DNA from: Desulfobacterales bacterium | GTDB lineage: Bacteria; Desulfobacterota; Desulfobacteria; Desulfobacterales; JADGBH01 | Assembly (NCBI GenBank): GCA_015231595.1 | Contig: JADGBH010000001.1 | Location: 1,108 to 65,107 of the forward strand | Reading direction: 5' to 3' | DNA length: 64,000 nucleotides | In this document: positions 37,583 through 47,667 of the stretch, piece after piece | Layout of the letters: each line of letters begins with the position of its first letter | How positions within the stretch are numbered: position 1 is the stretch's first letter | Notes under the pieces: generated by a model | Databases searched by the model: none | The model's input: only the letters and a program-made list of their open reading frames with translations | What the model was told of the DNA's origin: nothing | Program-made: the position numbers and the translations under genes

Positions 37583-39197
37583 CCTCCATTCCTAAAAGCG
37601 GTTCACCCCTTAAATCTGTAGTGCGTTTATTTTCTCCTGGAAAAATTAACGCATTCGCAACTAACTCATGAAGACCAATTACGCCAACTCCAGGTACCCA
37701 ATAATCCATTAATGGGGGTAACGCAGCTCTGTCTATAGCACATACACACCCTAGCATGTTAACTCCAAATTTATCATGGACATATTTTACTGCATTAGCC
37801 CTTGGCAAGCCTCCAGCTAATCGCTGCTCCATATTTTCTCCAGCATTTAACCCAGCACCACTTCCACAGCAAAAAGTCTGTTCGCGTATAGTATTAGGAG
37901 GCATTTCATAAAAATGATTACATACATTTTGAATTACATATCTTGGTTCATCAAGCAAGCCCATGCCTCTTGATGGGTTACAGGAATCATGGTAAGTTAA
38001 TTTTATATGATCATTTCTGCTTTTATCTAAATCAAGCTTTCCATGCTTTATTAAATCAGCTGTGAATTCAGCAATATGAACCATTTTAGTAGATTTAGCA
38101 TTTTCAAACTTAGTTCCAGTTATTGGAGACACGGGTTCTTCTAAAAAGTCTGCAGGTCCATTCATTGTGCCCATATACTGATGTATTACTCTCCACATAT
38201 GTCCGCATTCACCGCCTATAATCCATTTGACACCAAGTCTTTTAGCTTCTGCATACATTTTTGAGTTTAAACGTTTCATCATTTCATGGGAAGTAAAAGA
38301 ACCGAAATTACCGCCTTCAGAAGCATAAGTACTCCATGTAACATCCAAACCATATTTTTCTTTCAGGTAATGGAAGAGCATAAGATAGCCCATACATGTA
38401 TAAGTTCCAGGGTCAGCAAAAACGTCCCCGGATGGAGTAATAAATAAAATATCAGCTCCTTTTTTGTTATAATTAGGAGCTACATTAATTCCTGTTAATT
38501 CTTCTATATCTTCAACAAAAAAGTCAAGCATATCTTTAAAAGCATGGGGTTGGATACCAAGATGATTTCCTGTTTTATAACAATTTGAAACAGGGGTTGC
38601 TATCCAGTCAATATTGAGTCCTAATAAATTTAAAAGTTCTCGACCCATCATTGTTATTTCAGCAGTATCAATGCCATAAGGACAAAAAACAGAACATCTT
38701 CGACATTCAGTACATTGAAATAAGTAATACCACCACTCCTTTAAAACATCTAAAGTAAGCTTCCTTGCGCCTGCAAGCTTACCTAAAATTTTTCCAGCTG
38801 TAGTAAAATCATTTCTATATACAGACCTAAGCAATTCAGCCCTTAAAACAGGCATATTTTTAGGATCACCTGTTCCTATATAAAAATGACATTTATCAGC
38901 GCAAGCACCGCATCTTACACAAATGTCCATAAAAATTTTAAAAGAACGAAAATTTTCTAACCTTTCTTTGAATCCATTATGGATAATCTCCTGCCAATTT
39001 TCAGGTAACTTCCAGTCTTCATCAAGGGGATTCCATTGTCGTGCATTGGGAAAGCCTACAGTTTCAAGGCTTTTTGGATTACCTGCATAACAATACATTC
39101 CTTTTCGTATTGTTGTAGGAGTATCCATCCAACCTTTTTTAGGTAACTTGTAATTTACATTGTCAATTAATTCTTTTGATGTTGGATAATCTGCCAT
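37566..39197 (-). CDS. dsrK: DsrK, HdrD-like Fe-S/CCG-domain catalytic subunit
   Basis: 543 aa. CVRCGACADKCH and CTECRRCSVFCP cluster motifs, plus a CCG motif (FCCGSGAG). Confidence 0.85.
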   Translation of the reverse strand: MADYPTSKELIDNVNYKLPKKGWMDTPTTIRKGMYCYAGNPKSLETVGFPNARQWNPLDEDWKLPENWQEIIHNGFKERLENFRSFKIFMDICVRCGACADKCHFYIGTGDPKNMPVLRAELLRSVYRNDFTTAGKILGKLAGARKLTLDVLKEWWYYLFQCTECRRCSVFCPYGIDTAEITMMGRELLNLLGLNIDWIATPVSNCYKTGNHLGIQPHAFKDMLDFFVEDIEELTGINVAPNYNKKGADILFITPSGDVFADPGTYTCMGYLMLFHYLKEKYGLDVTWSTYASEGGNFGSFTSHEMMKRLNSKMYAEAKRLGVKWIIGGECGHMWRVIHQYMGTMNGPADFLEEPVSPITGTKFENAKSTKMVHIAEFTADLIKHGKLDLDKSRNDHIKLTYHDSCNPSRGMGLLDEPRYVIQNVCNHFYEMPPNTIREQTFCCGSGAGLNAGENMEQRLAGGLPRANAVKYVHDKFGVNMLGCVCAIDRAALPPLMDYWVPGVGVIGLHELVANALIFPGENKRTTDLRGEPLLGMEDEADE

Positions 39198-39204
39198 ATT
39201 TTAT

Positions 39205-40209
39205 TTACTCCTTTTCAACTGGGAGCCCAGCTTCTATCATTTTTTCTCTGAAATCATCTTCGTACTCTGCATAACTATGAACTTTAACTGGGTAATTCCA
39301 CGGATTAATATGACGAGTTGCTCGATTATTATTTGCCATATTTCTTGTTGGACTCATAAAAATTCCGCCCATGTGCATGAGTTTACTGAAAGGAATATAA
39401 GCCACAAGAAGACTTACTAAAAATAAGTGAACATAAAAAATAGTACTAATTCCTGCTGGAATTTGCGGACTTAGCGTTATAATTCCCATTGTTAGCGCTT
39501 TTACTCCAACGATATCCACTTTTTCAAAATAACGCATATAAATGCCTGTAAATGCTATTCCCATTATAAGAAAAAGCGGGAAATAATCGGCAACTAAAGA
39601 AACGTATTTTACTTGAGGGATAATTACACGCCTGACTAAAAGATAAGTCGCTGCTAATAAAAGCATAAAACCCGAAATAAGAACACCTGGAACACCTACT
39701 TGGAAAATTCCGTCTATTTTTTCGAGTAATTGAACGAAAAATGGGACAGGCTCCGCAAAAAATCTTAAATGCCTTGTTAACACTACAAAAAATGAATAGT
39801 GAAATACAAGTGCAGCTAACCATAGCCATAACTCCCATTGAAACGTTATTTTTGGACCATTTTCCGATTTATGGAGCTGCATTTTAGTATTCCGAAATAA
39901 CGATCTGAATAAAAAAATTTCAAGCGCCATTCTTGCGATAACACCTACGGTTGTAGATGGATTATCAATTTTGGCCTGCTTGAACCAAGGCAAAGATTTT
40001 TGCTGGCCACAAGTGGTTGGAATTCTAAAGGGAACTGGAGAACGAGACCATGATACAATTCGATTGATAACACCAACGAAAAATACCGCAAATGCTAAAT
40101 AAGGAATTACAATTCCAAAAAGCATTTTTAGCCCCGCATCAATTCCAAAATACGGAACAAACGATAGAGCAACAACCACTACAAGGGAAACTAAATAATT
40201 TACATTCAT
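39205..40209 (-). CDS. dsrM: DsrM, NarI-like dihaem cytochrome b membrane subunit
   Basis: 334 aa with multiple TM helices. First gene of the dsrMKJOP order. Confidence 0.8.
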   Translation of the reverse strand: MNVNYLVSLVVVVALSFVPYFGIDAGLKMLFGIVIPYLAFAVFFVGVINRIVSWSRSPVPFRIPTTCGQQKSLPWFKQAKIDNPSTTVGVIARMALEIFLFRSLFRNTKMQLHKSENGPKITFQWELWLWLAALVFHYSFFVVLTRHLRFFAEPVPFFVQLLEKIDGIFQVGVPGVLISGFMLLLAATYLLVRRVIIPQVKYVSLVADYFPLFLIMGIAFTGIYMRYFEKVDIVGVKALTMGIITLSPQIPAGISTIFYVHLFLVSLLVAYIPFSKLMHMGGIFMSPTRNMANNNRATRHINPWNYPVKVHSYAEYEDDFREKMIEAGLPVEKE

Positions 40210-40258
40210 TTTTATTTACCTCTCTCCTTCCAAAATTAAAATTCTAATATATAATTTG

Positions 40259-40780
40259 TTACTCATTATTACATTCACATAATAAATTTGCTTTTTCCAA
40301 AAGTTTCATTGTCTGGCTTCTTTCATGGTTTGCCTTTAATTGATATATTTTTTCTTTACAGTTCATATAAATATCAAATCCTATTAAGGCTATTTCATCT
40401 ATCATTCTTTCAAGTTGATAAAGGCTTTTACCGCCATCTTCATCTTTAAAGTCAAAATTATTTCTGATAATTTCTTTCAAGGAAAAAACAAATTTGACTG
40501 ATTCAGAAGCTCTAAAATTTTGAACAGCCCTTGTTCTAATTAGAGGATCAATTCCTGATGCTATTTTCTCTTTATCGAAGCTATCTAATAATTCCTTATA
40601 TATTGTTTCGATAGTATTCCATATATTTTGCCCAACTGGATTAGCAAAAGCATCTTTCTCTCTTTTTAAAAAGTATGCCATATCATCGGGGTAAGCATGA
40701 ATAACTACCTCGAACCACTCTGACAGTATTTTATCTTTTTTTTCTTGTAAGACTTTTTTTAAAGTTTTAGACAGATTCAT
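40259..40780 (-). CDS. RsbRD-N-terminal-domain-like cytoplasmic protein (hypothetical)
   Basis: 173 aa. ILSEWFEVVIHAYPDDMAYFLKREKDAFANPVGQ and RTRAVQNFRASESVKFVFSLKE resemble stand-alone RsbRD_N proteins of Desulfobacterota (from memory). 49 nt upstream of dsrM on the same strand. Confidence 0.5.
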   Translation of the reverse strand: MNLSKTLKKVLQEKKDKILSEWFEVVIHAYPDDMAYFLKREKDAFANPVGQNIWNTIETIYKELLDSFDKEKIASGIDPLIRTRAVQNFRASESVKFVFSLKEIIRNNFDFKDEDGGKSLYQLERMIDEIALIGFDIYMNCKEKIYQLKANHERSQTMKLLEKANLLCECNNE

Positions 40781-41051
40781 AAATTTAATTTCATTTTCCT
40801 TTTTGTAGGCTTTAAGTATAAGGTGCTATACCTAACTAAATGTTTTTTTTTTGTCAAGAATAAATATTTGAAAATTCTAACATCTCCTTTATTTAAAGTT
40901 TGCTCTAAATTTACATAGTCTATATAAAGAATGGATATGTGTGGAGTTTTTTAGATTAAATAATGTCATACTATTAAGTTTTATCTTGAAACTATATCTA
41001 CTTTTGACTTAAATGGTATATATTATAATAATTAAATTAGGAGGCATTTTC

Positions 41052-42065
41052 ATGAATGAATTTATTGAGAGAGAATCTTTAGTGGAACAATGTATTTCAG
41101 AAAATAATATTGAAAAAGCAGTGAAACTATTGTTTGATTTAATTGTGTTTTACGCAAAAAATAAAAATTTTGTTAAAGCGAATGCTTTAAGGGAAAAATT
41201 AATAGAAGTTGATAATATGGCATTAACTGAAATTATTAGTACCGGCGAAATCATCGAAGACGAAAAAAGAGGACTTATCGATAAAGACCATTTAAAATTA
41301 TGGACGCCTCTCTTTTCAATGCTCAATGAAGACGAAGCTAATGCCCTTTATTATGCTATGAATGAAAGTAATTATCTTCCTGATCAAACTATTTTTAAAC
41401 AAGGAGAGTCCAATTCAAATTTATATTTTATAAACAACGGTGAAGTAAAGATAGTTTATCTCAAGAATAATAAAGAGACACTTTTAAAAGTTTTATCTCC
41501 AGGCCATATCGCTGGAGACGATTCATTTTTTTCAATTTCAGTATGCACGACTTCAATGATAACCTTAACAGGAGCTCAAATTGACATGCTAAGCCGAGAT
41601 GTTCTAAAAAAATGGGAAACTGAATTTCCAGCTCTTGCTCCTAAAATTCAAGATTTTTGTTTAAAAACTCAAAGGCCTAAAATTCTTGAGTTAGTAAAGA
41701 AAAAAGGTCTTGAACGAAGAACTCAAACAAGAACGAAAGCTTCCGGACAAGTAATGATTCAATTGATCGGAAGTAAAGACGAACCTATCGGAAAGCCCTT
41801 TAAAGGAGATTTATCTGATCTATCAATAGGTGGAGTTTCATTTTACATAAAAACCTCAAAAAAAGAAACCGCACGATTATTACTTGGACGAAAAATGGCA
41901 ATAAAATTTATTGTTTCGGATGATTCTGAAAAAAAATTTATAAAAAAGGGAACTGTAGTAGGTGTTGGTTACCATCTTTTTAATGATTATTCTATTCATG
42001 CTAACTTTGAAAAAGAAATCACAGAGATGGGATTGTTAAATATAATTTCTGCTATTGGCAAATAA
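41052..42065 (+). CDS. Cyclic-nucleotide-binding-like domain + PilZ domain protein (c-di-GMP receptor candidate)
   Basis: Likely start MNEF at 41052, 7 nt after TAGGAGG; the track ORF starts at 41013. FKQGESNSNLYFINNGEVKIV (cNMP-binding-like). PilZ motifs RRTQTR and DLSDLSIGG. Confidence 0.75.
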   Translation: MNEFIERESLVEQCISENNIEKAVKLLFDLIVFYAKNKNFVKANALREKLIEVDNMALTEIISTGEIIEDEKRGLIDKDHLKLWTPLFSMLNEDEANALYYAMNESNYLPDQTIFKQGESNSNLYFINNGEVKIVYLKNNKETLLKVLSPGHIAGDDSFFSISVCTTSMITLTGAQIDMLSRDVLKKWETEFPALAPKIQDFCLKTQRPKILELVKKKGLERRTQTRTKASGQVMIQLIGSKDEPIGKPFKGDLSDLSIGGVSFYIKTSKKETARLLLGRKMAIKFIVSDDSEKKFIKKGTVVGVGYHLFNDYSIHANFEKEITEMGLLNIISAIGK

Positions 42066-42090
42066 ATTAAATATAGTTTTTAAAAATTTT

Positions 42091-42585
42091 ATGAATGATA
42101 TAAGCATAAAAGAAGAACTTAAAGAAACATTAGCTAAATATAGAATAATTGAGCAAGAATTAGAAAATTTGGAAAAGCAAAAACAAATGTTGCGGTCAAA
42201 AATTCAGCTCTTGCTTGAAAATTTAGGACAAACCTCTTACAACACCGTTATTGAGGAGAAACCGATTGCGTTACAATTGAAGTATCAAACAGATATAAAA
42301 TACAATGAAGAACTGTTAAAACACAGACTTGGCGATAAATATATCCATATTTTGGAACCAGATTTAAAAAAGATAAAACAGCACCTTCATGAAATTACGC
42401 CAGCGTTAGCTCATTATATGGAAACAATCGGTTCTCCATCGCGGGATAAAATCAAAGAATTAATTCTTGGCGGAGAATTTGATAAACAAGATTTTAGTGG
42501 CGCATTTAAAAAAATACATAAAACAACTTTATATGTAAAAAAACAACCTCTCTACATTAAAACTGACGAAAAAACACCTTGGTGA
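42091..42585 (+). CDS. Coiled-coil hypothetical protein
   Basis: The ORF has a first ATG at 42091 and an alternative TTG at 42055. Heptad-like sequence (ELENLEKQKQMLRSKIQLLLENL). No recognised motif. Confidence 0.45.
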   Translation: MNDISIKEELKETLAKYRIIEQELENLEKQKQMLRSKIQLLLENLGQTSYNTVIEEKPIALQLKYQTDIKYNEELLKHRLGDKYIHILEPDLKKIKQHLHEITPALAHYMETIGSPSRDKIKELILGGEFDKQDFSGAFKKIHKTTLYVKKQPLYIKTDEKTPW

Positions 42586-42596
42586 AATTAAAATAC

Positions 42597-43166
42597 ATGA
42601 CATTGCGAATAATTGCAGGTGCATTAAAGGGGAAAAAACTTGATACAATAGATGGGAAAAAAGTAAGGCCCACTTCTGGCAAAGTTAGGGAAGCGGTTTA
42701 CAGCATAATTTCTACACAAATAAGTGATGCAATCGTATTAGATCTTTTTGCAGGAACTGGTGCAATGGGGATTGAGGCTATAAGCAGAGGTGCAAATAAG
42801 TCTATATTTATTGATAACTTTACAAATTCTCTATCTACAATCAAAAAAAATGTAACTAAATGTCGTATTGAAAATCAATCTTCAATCATTAAATGGGATA
42901 TCCTTAGAAATTTAAGCTGTATTTCCTATGATAAACCTCTCTTTGATATTGTATTTATTGATCCTCCTTATGGAAAAAATATTGTTAATCAAGTTCTTAC
43001 AAATCTACATATGAGTAAATGCCTTAAACCAGAAGCTCTTATAATCGTGGAACATTCTAAAGAAGAAAATATTTTAAATGAGTATATTGATTTTAAGCGT
43101 TATGACCAACGAAAGTATGGGCAAACGTTTGTTTCATTTTATAATATTGAACTTAAAAAACAATAA
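42597..43166 (+). CDS. rsmD: 16S rRNA (guanine966-N2)-methyltransferase RsmD
   Basis: MTLRIIAGALKGKKL N-terminus, LDLFAGTGAMGIEAISRGA SAM-binding motif, FIDPPYG motif. The track start at 42579 is an alternative. Confidence 0.85.
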   Translation: MTLRIIAGALKGKKLDTIDGKKVRPTSGKVREAVYSIISTQISDAIVLDLFAGTGAMGIEAISRGANKSIFIDNFTNSLSTIKKNVTKCRIENQSSIIKWDILRNLSCISYDKPLFDIVFIDPPYGKNIVNQVLTNLHMSKCLKPEALIIVEHSKEENILNEYIDFKRYDQRKYGQTFVSFYNIELKKQ

Positions 43167-43168
43167 TC

Positions 43169-44644
43169 TTATTGAGTTGTCCTTATTGTTATTAAATCTT
43201 TTGACAAGGAAATTCCGTTACGGATAGCATAATCTTCGTAAAATTTTTGAATTCCAGATGCATTATAAAAAAGTTTTCTCATTCCAAAAAATTCGGTTGT
43301 TTCACCAGGAATTTCAGGTAAAAATTTATCAGAAGCATAAACAATGACTATTTCATTGCCTAATTCACCTCCTATAGTAAAATTAAGCTGCGAATAATCT
43401 TTATTCGGAATAGCAACGACATTACCTGGGTTTATCATTATTTTGCCGTCATCAAAAGTATTTGGATAAATTTGATAAATATCTCCGTTTGACCATCGGT
43501 TAATTATTCTAATATATGACGATTTATTAACTTTAAGAAGAAAAATAACTGACTCGCCCGATCTAAAATTCAAATTATCCCTTCCTTTTTGAGTTGATAT
43601 TTCTACTCTAAGATTATCGGAATATTCATTAGGTTTAAATGCAGAAAGGTCACTCATAAATTGATCATCTTTTTTTTGGGGAATATCAAGCAAAGCTGGA
43701 TTTACAAATTTTTTTTCAATCTTAATAGAACTCCATGCTAAAGCATCTCCTTGGGCACTAATAAGTTCCGCTTTAATTTCTATTTCATGTTCTGAAACAT
43801 CCCAATAGCTTCCTGATATAAAATAATCAGCTCCTGAAACAATAGCGGCAGTAGCTCCAGGTTTTTGAGAAGGTAAAATTCCCCTTGTTTTTTCCATACC
43901 TCTTTTTCCAGTTTTTTTTACATCTTCAAGGTATTTTTCAACGTCTGCTTTTAAATTAAGAAAATTACTCATAGTGAAATATTCATAACTAAACTGGCTG
44001 ATATAGTCTGAAAAAGGGCTATATAATTTGGTATCTTGATATTTAAATTTATTCACAAGAACTGAAGGCCTTTTTTTTGTTAAAAACTTATCACAGCCTT
44101 TATTTTCAAGGCTATTCATAAGAAAAAGCATTTTATCTTTCACATCTTCTTTAAACCATTCTGTAGGAAGATATTTTTTACTTATAGATGTTGTGCTTGA
44201 CGATATATCAGACAATGCTTGAATACCATTTTCTGATATTTGTTTCATGCCCCTTAATCTTGCGTGTAAAACAAGCTTGTCTCCTTCAAAATAATAAGAG
44301 CCAATTATAAAAACATTGGTATCAATAGAAAGATTTGTAATAACATCAAAAAGACCTGTATTACTTAACTTACCACGTAAATGCTCACAAAGATAAGCAG
44401 AAAATGGAAAATTATTTCCGATATGCGGATCTATAAAATAATTTCGGCTAATAAACACTGGTAGCTTTTTACCAGATGCGTCATAGAATTCGGTTTTTTT
44501 TAAACCGTTTACAATGTCTTTGGATATTAAGTTAACAGCTTCATCAAGATTTTTTGATTCCTTTGATTGAACCTCAAAACTCCTACAACACATTAAAATA
44601 CAGCTTAAAATTAAAATTAAACTATAAATACCTTTTAATTTCAT
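43169..44644 (-). CDS. Secreted protein with LpoB/FlgO-like N-terminal region and DUF4384-like C-terminal domain
   Basis: 491 aa with a signal peptide. C-terminal YIRIINRWSNGDIYQIYPN pattern typical of DUF4384 (from memory). Confidence 0.55.
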   Translation of the reverse strand: MKLKGIYSLILILSCILMCCRSFEVQSKESKNLDEAVNLISKDIVNGLKKTEFYDASGKKLPVFISRNYFIDPHIGNNFPFSAYLCEHLRGKLSNTGLFDVITNLSIDTNVFIIGSYYFEGDKLVLHARLRGMKQISENGIQALSDISSSTTSISKKYLPTEWFKEDVKDKMLFLMNSLENKGCDKFLTKKRPSVLVNKFKYQDTKLYSPFSDYISQFSYEYFTMSNFLNLKADVEKYLEDVKKTGKRGMEKTRGILPSQKPGATAAIVSGADYFISGSYWDVSEHEIEIKAELISAQGDALAWSSIKIEKKFVNPALLDIPQKKDDQFMSDLSAFKPNEYSDNLRVEISTQKGRDNLNFRSGESVIFLLKVNKSSYIRIINRWSNGDIYQIYPNTFDDGKIMINPGNVVAIPNKDYSQLNFTIGGELGNEIVIVYASDKFLPEIPGETTEFFGMRKLFYNASGIQKFYEDYAIRNGISLSKDLITIRTTQ

Positions 44645-44691
44645 ATTTTTTTCCTCATTTCTAAAACTTAGAAATCAACACATGGGCCGCC

Positions 44692-45363
44692 TCAGGTACA
44701 GGCTTCAGCAGTAAAAACAAAAATAGCAGGTGTAATATCCTCCAAACCATCCGTATCAACAGCTAATACAGTAAAAGTGTATTCCCCTGATTTATTAATG
44801 CAAATAGGTTCACTTTCAGTATTTGCTGTTTCAATCCATTCGCCTTCATAGGCTGAGCTTTCTAATTTATATTTAAAAAAAAGATCCCCCCCTTCCGGGT
44901 CAACTCCTATCCAAGTAAATCTGACAAAATGGTTATCTGAAAAAGAAACAGGAGGCGTATTTATTAAAATAGTATCTGGCGGTTTATTAACATAAGGTGA
45001 TGAGATGAATATTTTTATGCTATAGGTATCAATTATGTTTTCGTTTTGATAAACAGAAAGATTTATAATATGAATGCCGGATGGCAAATCATCAACTATA
45101 ACTTCTGCCCCCTCCCCTATATTTCCCCAAACATCTGATGTCCAAATATATGTCTCCAAACCATTTGAAGCTTTAAAACTACCTTTGAATATAATTTCAT
45201 CTCCTACATTAAAAGTGGCGCCATTTTGAGGAAAGTTAATTTCAACAGAATTAGGCTGCTCAGGATTTTTACCATTACAGCAATCATCATTATATGAGCA
45301 CCCATAAAACCCTATAAATAAAATAATAAAGAATAAAATTAATTTTTTTTGAAATTTCACCAT
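44692..45363 (-). CDS. Lipoprotein with Ig-like/beta-sandwich repeats (hypothetical)
   Basis: 223 aa. Lipobox FYGC. Two similar beta-rich halves. Confidence 0.55.
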   Translation of the reverse strand: MVKFQKKLILFFIILFIGFYGCSYNDDCCNGKNPEQPNSVEINFPQNGATFNVGDEIIFKGSFKASNGLETYIWTSDVWGNIGEGAEVIVDDLPSGIHIINLSVYQNENIIDTYSIKIFISSPYVNKPPDTILINTPPVSFSDNHFVRFTWIGVDPEGGDLFFKYKLESSAYEGEWIETANTESEPICINKSGEYTFTVLAVDTDGLEDITPAIFVFTAEACT

Positions 45364-45389
45364 AAAAATATTCCCAATTTCATGTTGTA

Positions 45390-46790
45390 TTAAAATTTTA
45401 TATTTAGTTCAGTTGTTACAACATGGGCATCAAATTCGTTTGTTTTATCGTTTGCATCTTTATTGTTCATATATTGATATTTAATTTCAAGATAGTTATT
45501 TTTTGCAATTTCATAACTTGCTTGAACAGTTCCAGAATATATGAGAATATCCTTGTCTAAGGCTTTATTTTCGGCATCTCGCTTTTGTTTATCCCATAAT
45601 CCTCTTAACCTTATTGTAACATTTTTTTCAGGAATAAATGAAATACCAGCGCTCAAGCTTAAAAAAAATTCAGCATCTCCTTTTATTTCTTGTTCCACTT
45701 CTTCCAAATATTTAACAAAAAAATCTATTGATAACATATCGTCTTGACGGGTCCATGAAGAGCTTATTCTTCCACCTTTTCTATTTTGAGTATAAGTCAA
45801 AGCGCTATATAATGAATCAAAATCATTACTTCTATAAAGATACGCTAACTGGGAATTAAATCCATTTGGCCAAATAATATTTAGTCCAGTTGTAAAAGCA
45901 TTACCGCTATGCTCATCTGTTATTGGATTAGAAACACAAATAAGTTTTTGGGTTAATTTTGATATTGCAAATTCTCCAAATAAAGTAACGGATCTTAATG
46001 CAGGATAAAACAGATATATACTTCCAACATGATTTTGTAAGGGGCTATAATCTGGAAGGCTTTCAACAGAACAGCCTTCGTCATCATGATATAAATATTG
46101 AAAACTTACAATAAAATCATCTTTAGAAGTTTTTATATAATTTCTATATAATGCCCTTACTCCAATTGTATGACGCTTGTAACGTTCAGATTCTACAGAT
46201 TTTTGAGACCTTGCATATAATATAGTAGTTTCGAAATTATCACTTAAAAAAGAATTAATTTTTCCACCCTCAAATGTAAGTTTTTCGTCAACATCTTCAA
46301 GGAGTGAGCCGCCAATAAGCCCACCCCTTGATGAACAAGAAGAACAACCTGTCGAACCACCTAATTCTGGTAAATCTTTCTTATCAAACCGCATCAAAGT
46401 CAATGGAGTAAAGTAAACATCATAATAGCCAACTCTCGCATCAAACCAGTCATTAGTAAATCTTGCAAAAATACTTCCATAGGGGCTTTTAAGATATACC
46501 GGACCATTTAGAAGAACTTCATCTTCTTCACTTGAAAGACGAAGTAACGCTCCAACCTGAAAATTAGGATTTATTGCTGTAGCTCCTTCTAAAAAAAACC
46601 GATGGTTTACACTTGTTGTTTCCTTTAAATCCTCTCCATATAATCCAGAAATATCTTCTTTGGAAGCAGAAACATCATCAAGCCTTATTTTTCCCCATCC
46701 ATGCAGTACAATATCTGAAGAAAAAGCTTGCTGTTTAAAACAAAACAAAACAATAAATAATATAATAATGATTGAAAAAATTTTTTTCAT
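45390..46790 (-). CDS. Outer-membrane beta-barrel protein (hypothetical)
   Basis: 466 aa with a signal peptide (FCFKQQAFS). Alternating strand pattern throughout. C-terminal ELNIKF. Confidence 0.6.
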   Translation of the reverse strand: MKKIFSIIIILFIVLFCFKQQAFSSDIVLHGWGKIRLDDVSASKEDISGLYGEDLKETTSVNHRFFLEGATAINPNFQVGALLRLSSEEDEVLLNGPVYLKSPYGSIFARFTNDWFDARVGYYDVYFTPLTLMRFDKKDLPELGGSTGCSSCSSRGGLIGGSLLEDVDEKLTFEGGKINSFLSDNFETTILYARSQKSVESERYKRHTIGVRALYRNYIKTSKDDFIVSFQYLYHDDEGCSVESLPDYSPLQNHVGSIYLFYPALRSVTLFGEFAISKLTQKLICVSNPITDEHSGNAFTTGLNIIWPNGFNSQLAYLYRSNDFDSLYSALTYTQNRKGGRISSSWTRQDDMLSIDFFVKYLEEVEQEIKGDAEFFLSLSAGISFIPEKNVTIRLRGLWDKQKRDAENKALDKDILIYSGTVQASYEIAKNNYLEIKYQYMNNKDANDKTNEFDAHVVTTELNIKF

Positions 46791-46813
46791 AAAATTCTAA
46801 ATCGCCTTTTCAT

Positions 46814-47326
46814 TTATTTTGGTAATGCTTCTATAAGCTTTTCTAAAAGGTAATCAATAATTTTAGGGTCCTTATCAAAATGAATATCCTTTATGATACC
46901 CTTTTTATCTATAATAAAACTACTGAAGCTGTAGTCTGAACAGCTATAGGCATTAGTAGCAGTTCCAAGCTTATCCATCAAAATTGGAAAATCAATTTGT
47001 TCTCCTTTAATAAACGATTTTATTTTATTAGTGTTTTCAGTATCATTATTTATTCCAATAATTTGAGCAGAAATATTAGAATTTTGCATCAATAAAGGAA
47101 GCTCTTTAAGGCGCGCAAACGTATCCATGCATTCATCACATTTACTATTGAAAAAAACAAGTATAGTAAAATCCTTTTGAAATAGCACTTCAGATAGTTT
47201 TAAGGATTTTTTCCCTTTAAGATAAGGAAGCTCAAAGTCGGGCGCTAAACGATCAGATGCATAGACATTTTCAAAGAAAAGTAAAATCAATACTGAAAGA
47301 ATAAATTTATTTTTTAATTTTTTCAT
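46814..47326 (-). CDS. Periplasmic thioredoxin-fold (TlpA/peroxiredoxin-like) protein
   Basis: 170 aa with a signal peptide. FFNSKCDECMD (CxxC). Confidence 0.7.
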   Translation of the reverse strand: MKKLKNKFILSVLILLFFENVYASDRLAPDFELPYLKGKKSLKLSEVLFQKDFTILVFFNSKCDECMDTFARLKELPLLMQNSNISAQIIGINNDTENTNKIKSFIKGEQIDFPILMDKLGTATNAYSCSDYSFSSFIIDKKGIIKDIHFDKDPKIIDYLLEKLIEALPK

Positions 47327-47558
47327 TAATAGTTCTCCTTAAAATTTTTGATAGATATGTACATAATTTGATTCCAAATTTGAATCAATAAAAATTTTCA
47401 AATAAAAAACACTAGAATCGTTATTTTAAGGTTTTATAAAGTAAACACCGTTATATTTTTCTTTATCGATAAAAAAATAAAGTTATATTCCATTTATAGG
47501 GTAATTACGTTAGTTTCTACAGTATACATAAGCATGAACATAAGTAGGCACAAATGTA

Positions 47559-47587
47559 TTGACATTTATAAAAACTAATGTTATTAT
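47559..47587 (+). promoter_or_regulatory. Sigma70-like promoter candidate for hydrolase/acyltransferase cluster
   Basis: TTGACA (47559-47564), 17-nt spacer, TATTAT (47582-47587). Confidence 0.4.
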
Positions 47588-47667
47588 CTTTGTAAATTCA
47601 TAATTACTGCTACCTGTATTGATATATGTTCTATTTAAGTAAAAATAAAGATTTTTTGGAGGCAAAA

